Below, piece after piece: positions 8,781 to 17,109 of a stretch of DNA of 32,831 nt; the stretch's first letter is position 1; every line of letters starts with the position of its first letter. The DNA is from an uncultured Fibrobacteraceae bacterium (lineage in GTDB: Bacteria; Krumholzibacteriota; Krumholzibacteriia; LZORAL124-64-63): NCBI GenBank assembly GCA_964384825.1, contig CAYLMM010000031.1, positions 1 through 32,831 of the forward strand. Reading direction: 5' to 3'. The translations under genes were made by a program, and so were the position numbers. The notes beneath the pieces are model-generated. The model was given only the letters and a program-made list of their open reading frames with translations. It was not told where the DNA came from and ran no database searches.

Positions 8781-8817
8781 ATCCGAAGCGATCGCCCGCA
8801 GCGGGAAGGAGAACCGA

Positions 8818-9651
8818 TTGAGCGGAAAATCCTCGAATCTGATGATGGGACTGGGCGTCGGCTGCGGCGTGCTGGTGCTGGTCCTGGTGGTGGGCGTGGT
8901 GCTGTTCGTCGCGGCGGTCCGCGATCTGGACCGCGACAGCAAGGAATCCGAGCGGCTGCAGGAGGAGCTGGTGCGGGCCTACGGCGAGGTCTCGGCATTC
9001 GTTCCGCCGGCCGACGGCGCGATCGATCCGCAGCGGGTCGAGATCTTCCTGGCGGTGCGCGATTCGCTGATCGCCCCGCGCAGGGAGATGCTGGCCGAAC
9101 TGGCGACCCTGGTCGAGATTTCCGGCGGCGGCCGGGGGCCGGGCAAGGTCGTTTCCGGCCTGAAGAGCGGCCTGAGGTTCGGCGGTTGCCTCAGCGCCTT
9201 CATGGCGACCCGCAACCGCGCGCTGCTGGCCCGCGGGATGGGCCCCGGGGAATACTGCTGGCTCTATTCGCTCGCGTACTACGGGATGCTGGACAAGCCG
9301 GCGCGGCCGATCCTGGGGGCGGGGCTGCTCGGCGGCGAGGATGTCGAGCGGATCGACGACGGCCTGCGCAGCTCCTGGCGCGAGGTCGCCCGCGAACTGC
9401 GCGGGATCACCGCCAACCATCTGGCGGCGGTGGAGCAGCAGGGGGATCCGGCCGGCCTGGCGTCGGCCCTGCGCGCCGAACTGGGACTGCTGGAGGCCGA
9501 TCCGAGCCGGTTCCCCTGGGAGGACGGCGCGCCCGAGATCCTGACCGGGGGCCTCGAACCGTTCCGCGTCCGGCTGGAAGCCTCCTACGATCCGGCGGGC
9601 GGCCCGCTGGAATTCATGACCGACGACGACGAGGTGCGGTTCTCGTTCTGA
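8818..9651 (+). CDS. Hypothetical membrane-anchored protein (one N-terminal transmembrane helix). The start could be the TTG at 8818 or the ATG at 8839.
   Basis: The N-terminus reads MMGLGVGCGVLVLVLVVGVVLFVAAV (transmembrane). The remainder is soluble with GC3-rich codon usage consistent with coding. A GGAAGGAG ribosome-binding site lies 16 nt before the TTG. No family was recognised. Confidence 0.55.
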   Translation: MSGKSSNLMMGLGVGCGVLVLVLVVGVVLFVAAVRDLDRDSKESERLQEELVRAYGEVSAFVPPADGAIDPQRVEIFLAVRDSLIAPRREMLAELATLVEISGGGRGPGKVVSGLKSGLRFGGCLSAFMATRNRALLARGMGPGEYCWLYSLAYYGMLDKPARPILGAGLLGGEDVERIDDGLRSSWREVARELRGITANHLAAVEQQGDPAGLASALRAELGLLEADPSRFPWEDGAPEILTGGLEPFRVRLEASYDPAGGPLEFMTDDDEVRFSF

Positions 9652-9723
9652 CGCGGCCGGGGCGCGGCTGCGGCGTTCCAGCCGGCCGCGCCCCCGTCCC
9701 GAAAGGGCCGGTCGATCTCGCGC

Positions 9724-9909
9724 TCAGGATCGTTCGCCGTTCCTTCGCCCGCCGGCCGGCTTCCGGTCCGATCCCCGCCGCCGGACCGCATCGCGCAGCA
9801 GGAACTCGATCTGGCCGTTCACGCTGCGGAATTCCGCCTCCGCCCACCGCCGCAACTGCTCGTAGAGCTCGGGGCTGATGCGCAGGGGGAATGACTTGCG
9901 CGGGGGCAC
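9724..9909 (-). CDS. Small ribbon-helix-helix (Arc/CopG/HicB-C-terminal type) DNA-binding protein. GTG start.
   Basis: The 61-aa product contains [36 protein letters not shown], the classic RHH pattern (beta-strand LRI, helix, G-x-S-hN-x-x-I-x-x-hL). An AGGAGAA ribosome-binding site lies 6 nt upstream of the GTG. The gene begins 10 nt after the stop of the SPFH gene. Confidence 0.6.
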   Translation of the reverse strand: MPPRKSFPLRISPELYEQLRRWAEAEFRSVNGQIEFLLRDAVRRRGSDRKPAGGRRNGERS

Positions 9910-9918
9910 GGCGTTCTC

Positions 9919-10785
9919 CTACTGGTAGAGCGTTCCGGTGTTCACGACAGGCTGGGCCGCGTGCTCGCTGCACAGGACCACCAGCAGGTTGCTGATCATC
10001 ACGGCCTTGCGATCGGAATCGAAATCGGCCAGGTCGCGGTCTCCGAGCTCCTTCAGGGCCATCTCCACCATCCCGACCGCTCCCTCGACGATCTTCTGCC
10101 GGGCGGCCACCACCGCGTGGGCCTGCTGCCGCTGCAGCATGGCGCCGGCGATCTCCGGGGCGTAGGCCAGGTGGCTCAGGCGCGCCTCGACGACCTTCAC
10201 GCCCGCGCGCGACAGCCGTTCCTGCAGCTCGGCTTCGAGCCGCTCGTTGATCTCCTCGGTCGTGCCGCGCAGCGTCAGCTCCTCGTCGCCGCCGTCGTAG
10301 GAATAGGCCGAGGCCAGATGCCGGACGGCGGCCTCGCTCTGGGTCGTGACGTATTCCTCGTAGTCGTCGACGTCGAAGACGGCCTGGCTGGTGTTCTCGA
10401 TCTGCCAGACGACGACTACCGCGATCTCGATGGGATTGCCGTCCTTGTCGTTGACCTTCAGCCGCTCGCCGTTGAGGTTGCGGGCGCGCTGGGAGATGGG
10501 GGTCTTGGTCATGAACGGATTGGTCCAGCCGAAGCCGTTGCGCTTGCAGGTGCCCTTGTAGCTGCCGAACAGCAGCATCACGCGGGCCTCGTTGGGGTTC
10601 ACGATGAAGAATCCGCCCCACATGATGAAGGCGACGACCATCAGGACGATGCCTGCGATCAGGCGGAACGCATCGCCGCCGCCGATGCCTCGGATGAGCA
10701 GCAGGATGCTCACCGCATGCAGCACGATGACCAGCGGCAGCATCAACCAGCCCGATACCGTGGATATGGTTCGCTCCTCGTGCAT
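9919..10785 (-). CDS. SPFH/band-7 (stomatin/prohibitin/HflK-C family) membrane protein.
   Basis: The 288-aa product has two N-terminal transmembrane helices ([21 protein letters not shown]; [20 protein letters not shown]). It then has an SPFH core ([51 protein letters not shown]) and a C-terminal coiled-coil. There is a GGAGGA ribosome-binding site 7 nt upstream of the ATG at 10785. Confidence 0.85.
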   Translation of the reverse strand: MHEERTISTVSGWLMLPLVIVLHAVSILLLIRGIGGGDAFRLIAGIVLMVVAFIMWGGFFIVNPNEARVMLLFGSYKGTCKRNGFGWTNPFMTKTPISQRARNLNGERLKVNDKDGNPIEIAVVVVWQIENTSQAVFDVDDYEEYVTTQSEAAVRHLASAYSYDGGDEELTLRGTTEEINERLEAELQERLSRAGVKVVEARLSHLAYAPEIAGAMLQRQQAHAVVAARQKIVEGAVGMVEMALKELGDRDLADFDSDRKAVMISNLLVVLCSEHAAQPVVNTGTLYQ

Positions 10786-10811
10786 CGTTCCATCCTCCGG
10801 ATTAGGGGTGC

Positions 10812-10870
10812 GCGGGGAAGGTGTCTGATATGTTTATGATATCATATAGATATCTCATACGTCAATAGGC
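10812..10870 (-). promoter_or_regulatory. AT-rich promoter/operator island upstream of the SPFH-RHH operon.
   Basis: On the minus strand the sequence reads TTGACG (10860-10865), then 18 nt, then TATCAT (10836-10841). This is a good sigma-70-like -35/-10 pair about 45 nt upstream of the ATG. It overlaps the perfect palindromes TATGATATCATA (10835-10846) and AGATATCT (10848-10855). Confidence 0.45.
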
Positions 10871-10905
10871 GAAAAAGGGCCCTCCGTCGCGAGGACGGAG
10901 GGCCC
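10871..10905 (-). terminator. Rho-independent terminator of the Cys-rich protein gene.
   Basis: On the minus strand, GGGCCCTCCGTC-ctcgc-GACGGAGGGCCC is followed by TTTTTCGCC. Confidence 0.7.
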
Positions 10906-10933
10906 GGCGGATTCGGATGCTCGGATCCGGGGA

Positions 10934-11467
10934 TCAGGCTTCCTTCTTTTCCTTCCCGGCCTCGGCGGCGGGACAGACGCAGGCGCCGCCCGCGGCGGTC
11001 GAGATGCAGCAGTGCTTCGCGGCCTGGGCCTCGCCCTCGGATCCGGCGGCCGCGGCGCGGGCCGGGCACAGGCTCGCATCCAGGCAGACGCCGTCGGTCT
11101 TGCAGCGGCTCATCGCGGCGGCGCGCAACTCGAGGCAGCCGGGGCACTCGGTGTCGCCCTGCTTGCATCCGGCCGAGCAGACGATTCCGTCGCAGGCCTT
11201 GGCGCAGGCGGTCGCGCAGTCCTCGGGGCATTTGGCGCAGCATGAGGCGGCGTCCTTGCCGGTGCAGCGCTTGGCGGCGACTTCCTTGGCCGCGTCCGAA
11301 GCCTTGTCCTCATTGCCGGCCTTGGCGGCCTTGGCGGCCTTGGCGCAGCCGGGGCTGCAGTCTGCGGTCGAGGCCGTGATGCCCGGGTCGGCCTGCGCCG
11401 CCATCACGGGCACCGACAGCGTCAGCGCCAGCGCCAGCGCGATCAGGGTAGCAGAGAAGCGTTTCAT
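10934..11467 (-). CDS. Secreted cysteine-rich protein. The mature part has 20 Cys in about 150 aa, possibly for metal binding or storage.
   Basis: The gene starts at the ATG at 11467 (MKRFSATLIALALALTLSVPVMAAQA, a Sec signal peptide) with an AAAGGAAG ribosome-binding site. The mature sequence has CSPGC, SCCAKCPEDCATACAKACDGIVCSAGC, CKQGDTECPGC, CKTDGVCLDASLC and HCCISTAAGGACVC. The track ORF start at 11584 adds a non-coding-looking 39-aa leader. Confidence 0.7.
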   Translation of the reverse strand: MKRFSATLIALALALTLSVPVMAAQADPGITASTADCSPGCAKAAKAAKAGNEDKASDAAKEVAAKRCTGKDAASCCAKCPEDCATACAKACDGIVCSAGCKQGDTECPGCLELRAAAMSRCKTDGVCLDASLCPARAAAAGSEGEAQAAKHCCISTAAGGACVCPAAEAGKEKKEA

Positions 11468-11640
11468 GGCGATCTTCCTTTCCGGTTTCCCCCGGCCGGA
11501 GGCGTGGGGGAGGGGGAGTCGATATCCAAAAGGTTCAGTTAATCCTAGTTGACCGATGGGATTTCGGCAAGGGTCAGGGTTCATTTTCCGTCCGGCGAAG
11601 GAATCGTCTTTTCAATTGCGGGACAAGGGGTTGCGGGCAT

Positions 11641-11671
11641 GAAAAAGGGCCCGGCGCGCGGCGCCGGGCCC
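11641..11671 (-). terminator. Rho-independent terminator of pepT.
   Basis: On the minus strand, GGGCCCGGCGC-cgc-GCGCCGGGCCC is followed by TTTTTCATG. Confidence 0.7.
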
Positions 11672-11687
11672 GGGGGACGGATTCGGA

Positions 11688-12947
11688 TCAGGCTTCCTTC
11701 TCGGCCCAGACCGCGATGGTTTGCAGGACGGTGTCGGTGGCCAGCACCATGTCCTTGACGCAGACCCACTCGCCGAGGCTGTGGAAGCTCTGCTCGCCGG
11801 TGAAGATGTTCGGCGTGGGCAGGCCGCGGGCCGAGAGGTTCGACCCGTCGGTGCCGCCGCGGATCGATCCGAGATGGGGATCCATGCCGGCGCGGCGGAT
11901 GGCCTCGGTGGCGTAGGCGATCGCCCGGGGCTCCTTCTCCAGGTCGTACTTCATGTTCCGGTAGTATTCCTTGATCTCGACCTCGACCTTCGATCCGGGC
12001 CAGGCGGCGCTGGCGGCCTCGGCCATCTCGCGGATCCGGTCGGCCTTGGGGCCCAGCTCGGCGGCGTCGAAATCGCGGATCAGCAGCGTGACCACGACCT
12101 GGCTGGTGTTGCCCTCGATGCCGATCGGATGGATGTAGCCCTCCATCCCTTCGGTGGTCTCCGGCGCGCCTTCCCGCGGCAGCGAGGCCACGAATTCCGC
12201 GGCGACCTTCACCGCGGGGACCATCTTGTCCTTGGCGTATCCGGGATGGATGTCGCGGCCGGTGAAGGTCACGACGGCGCTGTCGGCGCAGAAGGTCTCG
12301 TTCTCGATCTCGCCGCGCTTGCCGCCGTCCATCGTGTAGGCCACCGTCGCGCCGAACTTCTCGATGTCGAAGTACTTCACGCCCGCGCCGACTTCCTCGT
12401 CGGGGGTGAACGCGACCTTCACGGTGCCGTGCTTGAAATCGGGGTTCTCGCCGATCAGGGTCAGGGCCTCCATGATCTCGGCGATGCCGGCCTTGTCGTC
12501 GGCCCCCAGCAGGGTGGTGCCGTCGCTGGTGATGATCGTCTCGCCGACGCACTCGTTCAGGTACGGGTTGTCCTGCACGGTGATCGTGGGACCGTTGGGC
12601 AGGGGGATGTCGCCGCCCTGGTAGTTCTCGTGGAAGGTCGGCTTGACGTTCTCGCCGGAGACCTCGGGGTAGGTGTCCATGTGCGAGATGAACCCGACGG
12701 CCGGGACCTTGGCCAGGGCCGGGTCGTTGGCGGGCAGGGTGGCGGTCACGTAGCCGTACTTGTCCATCGCCGCGTCGGCGAGGCCGAGCTCCTTCAGCTC
12801 CTCGACCAGGACCCGGGCCAGATCGAGCTGGCAGGCGGACGAGGGGTAGGAATCGGATCCCTCGACGGCCTGCGTGTTGATGCGGGCGTATTTCACGAAG
12901 CGCTCGACAAGGGTCGGGAACTTGGTGTCCGGCTTGCGTTCGAGCAT
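11688..12947 (-). CDS. pepT: Peptidase T (tripeptide aminopeptidase, M20B family).
   Basis: The gene starts at the ATG at 12947 (MLERKPDTKFPTLVERFVKYARINTQ) with an AAAGGAGA ribosome-binding site. It contains M20 metal-binding motifs: GFISHMDT, GADDKAGIAEIMEAL and the terminal GTDGSNLS block. It is 419 aa, the typical PepT length. The track's 481-aa version has a spurious N-terminal extension. Confidence 0.9.
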   Translation of the reverse strand: MLERKPDTKFPTLVERFVKYARINTQAVEGSDSYPSSACQLDLARVLVEELKELGLADAAMDKYGYVTATLPANDPALAKVPAVGFISHMDTYPEVSGENVKPTFHENYQGGDIPLPNGPTITVQDNPYLNECVGETIITSDGTTLLGADDKAGIAEIMEALTLIGENPDFKHGTVKVAFTPDEEVGAGVKYFDIEKFGATVAYTMDGGKRGEIENETFCADSAVVTFTGRDIHPGYAKDKMVPAVKVAAEFVASLPREGAPETTEGMEGYIHPIGIEGNTSQVVVTLLIRDFDAAELGPKADRIREMAEAASAAWPGSKVEVEIKEYYRNMKYDLEKEPRAIAYATEAIRRAGMDPHLGSIRGGTDGSNLSARGLPTPNIFTGEQSFHSLGEWVCVKDMVLATDTVLQTIAVWAEKEA

Positions 12948-13208
12948 GGAAATCTCCTTTTTCTTCACGCAGGTCGATGGCGGGGGCCTGCATTCAAATA
13001 GAACCGGCGTCGCGCGGGACGAGGCCGGGATGGGACCGGTCGGGCCGACTGGCCGCCGACAAATGTATCCTTTCGGAGCGGAGGTAGCAAGAAGCCTCCC
13101 CGGCAACTTTTCTTGTCTGGGTCGGTCGGCCATGCTAATTTTCGGTGATCGGGCCGCGGCGACGCGGCCTTTTCCTGCCTACACCCGCGCGCATTTATGG
13201 AGGTATCC

Positions 13209-15230
13209 ATGGACGTCAGTGGCAACGCCAACCGACTGCCGGAGAATGCGTACCGCAAGCTGAATCCCGGTGAGGAATTCGTGCCCATCGTTCCGGCCGC
13301 CAAGATCGTGCCGGAGCTGACGCCGTACGCCCTCTTCTGGGGTCTGTTCTACGCGGTGCTCTTTTCCGCGGCCTGCGCCTACCTGGGCCTGAAGATCGGA
13401 CAGGTCTTCGAGGCGGCCATCCCGATCACGATCCTGGCCATCGGTCTGAGCAGCTCCCTGAAGAAGAAGGACGCGCTGCAGCAGAACGTGATGATCCAGT
13501 CGATCGGCTCGGCCTCGGGCGTGGTCGTGGCCGGCGCGATCTTCACGCTGCCGGGCATCTACATCCTCGGTTTGGCCGATCAGACCAACTTCATGCAGAT
13601 GGCCCTGGCGTCGCTGCTCGGCGGCATCATCGGCATCCTGTTCCTGATTCCGTTCCGGCGCTACTTCGTCAAGGATATGCACGGGGAGTTCCCCTTCCCC
13701 GAGGCCACGGCCTCGACCGAGGTCCTGATGGCCGGCGAGTCGGGCGGAGGCCAGGCGAGCATCCTGCTGAAGTCGGGCTTCATCGCCGCGGGCTACCAGC
13801 TGCTCTCGCAGACCTTCGGCCTGTGGCGCGAGACCTTCGTCACCACCGCCTTCAAGTGGGGCGAGACGGTGTCGCAGAAGGTGCGGCTGGAATTCCACAT
13901 GATGACCGAGGCGGCCATCATCGGCCTGGGCTACATCATCGGTCTGCGCTACGCGCTGGTCATCGCCTGCGGCTCGTTCCTGAGCTGGTTCGTGATGGTG
14001 CCGATGGTCGGCATCCTGGGCAAGGGCGTGAACATCGGCGACCAGGTCTACAGGATCGAGGCCCTCGACGCCCTGAGCACTCCGGACATCTTCGCCAACT
14101 TCGTCCGTCCGGTCGGCATCGGCGCGATCGCCATGGCCGGCCTGATCGGCGTCTGGAAGAGCCGCAGCATCATCGTCGGGGCCTTCAAGCTGGCCGCCGG
14201 CGGCGCCAAGACCGAGGGCGCCGGCGACGGCGCCGCGCAGAAGGTCGAGCGCACCCAGCGCGACCTGTCGATGAACCTCGTCACCTCGCTGATCATCATC
14301 AGCCTCGCGGCGATCTTCGCCTTCTTCCTGTTCCTGGTGCCCGGCGTGAACTTCGGCCAGTCGGTGACCGGCCTGCTGATCGTCGCCGGCATCGCCTTCC
14401 TGTTCGCGACCGTCGCGGCCCGGGCCATCGCAATCGTCGGCACCAACCCGGTTTCGGGCATGACCCTGATGACCCTGATCATCAGTTCGGTCATCCTGAA
14501 GGCCGTCGGCGTCGAGGGCGAGAGCGGCATCGTGGCCGCCCTGCTGATCGGCGGCGTGGTCTGCACCGCGCTGAGCATGAGCGGCGGCTTCGTCAGCGAC
14601 CAGAAGATCGGCTACTGGCTGGGCACCACGCCGGCCACCCAGCAGAAGTGGAAGTTCCTGGGCACCTTCGTCTCGGCGATCTCGGTGACCCTGGTGATCA
14701 TGCTGCTGGACAAGACCTACGGCTTCGCCGAGGGCGGGCTGCCCGCCCCCCAGGCCAACGCCATGGCCGCGGTGATCGAGCCCCTGATGACCGGACAGCC
14801 CGCTCCGTGGCTGCTCTACATGGCCGGCATCTTCATGGCCCTGATCCTCGAGTGGACCGGTCTGCCGGCCCTGGCCTTCGCGCTGGGCATGTACCTGCCG
14901 ATGTCGGTCAACACCCCGGTGCTGGCCGGCGGCCTGATCGCCTACTTCGTGACCAAGGGCGGATCGAAGGAGGAGCAGGGCAAGCGGCGCGAGAAGGGCA
15001 CCCTGATGGCCAGCGGCTTCGTGGCCGGCGGCGCCATCATGGGCGTCATCTCCGCCATCGTGCGGTTCGCGGGCATCAGCGCCACCGGCGAGTCGAACTG
15101 GAGCGTCGAGCACGCTCTGGGCATGACCCACTGGATCGAGGCCAATCCCCTGTCCGCCATCGTGACCCTGGTCTGCTTCATCGCGCTGGGTTACTACCTC
15201 TACAAGGGCGCACGCAACGCGGCGGCCTGA
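13209..15230 (+). CDS. OPT-family oligopeptide transporter.
   Basis: The product has about 16 predicted transmembrane segments and OPT-superfamily length and composition. The ATG at 13209 has a GGAGGT ribosome-binding site 6 nt upstream. An alternative ATG lies 4 codons earlier, at 13197. The gene is divergent from pepT, which suggests a peptide-uptake module. Confidence 0.85.
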   Translation: MDVSGNANRLPENAYRKLNPGEEFVPIVPAAKIVPELTPYALFWGLFYAVLFSAACAYLGLKIGQVFEAAIPITILAIGLSSSLKKKDALQQNVMIQSIGSASGVVVAGAIFTLPGIYILGLADQTNFMQMALASLLGGIIGILFLIPFRRYFVKDMHGEFPFPEATASTEVLMAGESGGGQASILLKSGFIAAGYQLLSQTFGLWRETFVTTAFKWGETVSQKVRLEFHMMTEAAIIGLGYIIGLRYALVIACGSFLSWFVMVPMVGILGKGVNIGDQVYRIEALDALSTPDIFANFVRPVGIGAIAMAGLIGVWKSRSIIVGAFKLAAGGAKTEGAGDGAAQKVERTQRDLSMNLVTSLIIISLAAIFAFFLFLVPGVNFGQSVTGLLIVAGIAFLFATVAARAIAIVGTNPVSGMTLMTLIISSVILKAVGVEGESGIVAALLIGGVVCTALSMSGGFVSDQKIGYWLGTTPATQQKWKFLGTFVSAISVTLVIMLLDKTYGFAEGGLPAPQANAMAAVIEPLMTGQPAPWLLYMAGIFMALILEWTGLPALAFALGMYLPMSVNTPVLAGGLIAYFVTKGGSKEEQGKRREKGTLMASGFVAGGAIMGVISAIVRFAGISATGESNWSVEHALGMTHWIEANPLSAIVTLVCFIALGYYLYKGARNAAA

Positions 15231-15244
15231 TGATTTGGGGGCCC

Positions 15245-15400
15245 CGGAGGGGGCCGGACGAGTGATGGTCGTCTTGTGAGGCCGGCGGGCCCGCACTTCC
15301 TGTGCGGGCCCGCCTTGGCGTTCGGGCGGCTTCGGCATCCTGCCTTCGCTCGCCCTCTCGACACCTCACAAGACGACCATCACCCGTCCGGCCCCCAGGC
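15245..15400. repeat. A 33-bp near-perfect terminal inverted repeat flanking an 82-bp core that has its own 13-bp perfect hairpin. It may be a MITE-like element, a REP-like element or a structured RNA.
   Basis: The left arm (15249-15281) reads gggggccggacgagtgatggtcgtcttgtgagg. The right arm (15364-15396) reads cctcacaagacgaccatcacccgtccggccccc. There are 32 matches out of 33. The inner hairpin is GGCGGGCCCGCAC-ttcct-GTGCGGGCCCGCC (15284-15314). Confidence 0.5.
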
Positions 15401-15441
15401 CCCCCCTCCGACCGGGGACCGCCTCACCCTTCCCATCCGCC

Positions 15442-17109
15442 TCACTCGGAATCCCGGAGGACGCCCCACAAACCCCAAGCCCCGTCGCTCCGCCCGTAAT
15501 GCCCGTCGCTAGGCGGCATGGCCCGCCCGTCGGTGGCCGTCGCGATCCAGCGCACGATCAGGTAGTCGCGGCCTTCGAGCAGATCCGCGGGCACGGTGAC
15601 CGCCGGGGTCGCGGAGCGGTCGACCAGCAACCGCAGGGGGCGATGATCGGCGTCGAGGGCTTCGATCCGCCAGGTCAGGCCGCGGATCAGGCCGCTCTCG
15701 GCCGGGAGGTCGCGGGCCTTGATCAGCAGTCCCGCGGGAACAGCGCGCGCGTCGGAGAGCCCCTCGACGGGCGAGACCCTGGTCAGGGCCCAGCGCAGGG
15801 TCTTGTCGCGGCGGCGTTTCAGGACGTCGACCAGCAGCGGGGCCGCGGCGGGGTCGTGGTAGCGCCCGCTGGCGACGGCGGCTTCGATCATCTGGTCGGT
15901 CATCCGCGCCAGAACCGTCCCGGCCCAGTAGATGTCGGCGGCGCGGGCGTCGCAGAGGGCGTCGTTGACGTAGTTGGCGCGCCAGGCGGCGGGATCGTAG
16001 ATGTCGGCTTCGAACATCCCGATCTCGCGGTTGGCCGGCCCTTCGAGACGTTCGTAGGGCCGCACCCACAGCCCGAGGGTGGGCATCGAGGTCAGGATCT
16101 CGCGGAAGTCGATGTCGTAGGCGAAGCCGATCCTTTTTTCGTGACGGGCGGCCCAGTAGCCGCCGAGGCAGCCGTCGAAATCCACCAGGTAGTGGCGCAG
16201 GAAGCGGCGGCCGTCCTGCTCGATGTAGAGGTCGAGGGTGTTGTCGAATTTCTGGTCGACGTGGTTCAGCCAGGCGCCGAAGACCCGCAATCCGCGCAGC
16301 GACCGGCGGCGCTGGTGGGGGATGCGGTCGTTCGGATCGTCGTCGCGCACGCCGGCGTAGTCGTAGCCTCCGCGCGGCGATCCTTCGAGAAAGCGGCTGA
16401 CCAGGGCGCGGTACCCGCCCTCCTCGGTGCGGCAGGGCAGCAGGGTCATCAGCCGGTCGATGTCGTTGCGGTCCAGGGGGCGCTTGCGATCCTTCTCCTT
16501 CACGGTCGCGCCCGCGGCGATCTCCAACTCGCCGGGCCGGAAATAGACGATGCGGTCGTCGGGCACGAAGTAGCCCAGGGCCCACAGCAGGCGGGCGGCC
16601 ACCGCGCCGGCGGCGGTCGCGGTCACCGGTTCGCCGCGCTTGTCGAACTTGCAGATGTACCGCGCGCCGCGGGAATCCTCGAAATTGAAGCCCGGATTGC
16701 GGCCGCCGATCTTCAGGCCGGTCACCTTCCAGGGCTTGAAGGCCTCGGGCCCGGGATCGTCGCCGCCGGGCCCGGCCGCGACGTCCCGGGGCGAGAGCGC
16801 GCCGATGCGGTTGGTGTACCACGACGAATCCGGCACCCGGCCCAGGCGGTTGACGTCCTCGGCGGGCATCGCCCGGGTCGGCGAGAGGCCGGTGCGGGCC
16901 TGCCGCAGCACGAAGTTCTCGATGTGATGGCTCAGCCGGCGGAACTCGTTCTCGGACGGTTCCGGGATGTCGGCGTCGTCGGCGATGCGCGTGATCACCG
17001 TTCCGGGAACGAAGCGCGGCGGCGCCGAAGAGCATCCCGGCAGGGATGCCGCCGCGAGGGCGGCCAGGGCCGCGCCGAGCAGCACCAGGATGTCGCGGCG
17101 GGCGTTCAT
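15442..17109 (-). CDS. Lipoprotein with a protein-kinase-like catalytic signature (an atypical secreted kinase fold).
   Basis: The gene starts at the ATG at 17109 (MNARRDILVLLGAALAALAAASLPGCSS, a signal peptide plus lipobox). An AGGAGG ribosome-binding site lies 6 nt upstream. FGAWLNHVDQKFDNTLD contains an exact HxDxKxxN catalytic loop. It is followed 20 aa later by YLVDFDGCLGG, a DFG-like motif. Earlier, YICKFDKRGEPV is a possible VAIK-like Lys. The first 437 aa of track ORF 15442..18420 is Arg-rich junk, a shadow of the Omp85 gene. Confidence 0.75.
   Translation of the reverse strand: MNARRDILVLLGAALAALAAASLPGCSSAPPRFVPGTVITRIADDADIPEPSENEFRRLSHHIENFVLRQARTGLSPTRAMPAEDVNRLGRVPDSSWYTNRIGALSPRDVAAGPGGDDPGPEAFKPWKVTGLKIGGRNPGFNFEDSRGARYICKFDKRGEPVTATAAGAVAARLLWALGYFVPDDRIVYFRPGELEIAAGATVKEKDRKRPLDRNDIDRLMTLLPCRTEEGGYRALVSRFLEGSPRGGYDYAGVRDDDPNDRIPHQRRRSLRGLRVFGAWLNHVDQKFDNTLDLYIEQDGRRFLRHYLVDFDGCLGGYWAARHEKRIGFAYDIDFREILTSMPTLGLWVRPYERLEGPANREIGMFEADIYDPAAWRANYVNDALCDARAADIYWAGTVLARMTDQMIEAAVASGRYHDPAAAPLLVDVLKRRRDKTLRWALTRVSPVEGLSDARAVPAGLLIKARDLPAESGLIRGLTWRIEALDADHRPLRLLVDRSATPAVTVPADLLEGRDYLIVRWIATATDGRAMPPSDGHYGRSDGAWGLWGVLRDSE

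Noticed and set aside
7185-8942. A 585-aa minus-strand ORF antisense to the sigma-54 activator.
   Set aside because: It has no recognisable domains and a PTRTSTST low-complexity start. The plus-strand frame has complete AAA+/GAFTGA/Fis motifs.
9614-10839. ORFs 9614..10621 (minus) and 9961..10839 (plus) overlapping the SPFH gene.
   Set aside because: Their products are R/G/P-rich or D/H/G-rich junk. The SPFH frame has transmembrane helices plus a band-7 core and a strong ribosome-binding site.
11581-13001. ORFs 11581..12993 (minus) and 11721..13001 (plus) overlapping pepT.
   Set aside because: They are alternative frames or antisense of pepT. Only the pepT frame contains M20 metal-site motifs.
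13179-15338. A 719-aa minus-strand ORF antisense to the OPT transporter. Also the nested ORFs 13823..15265 and 14048..14578.
   Set aside because: They are shadow frames. The OPT frame encodes about 16 coherent transmembrane helices.
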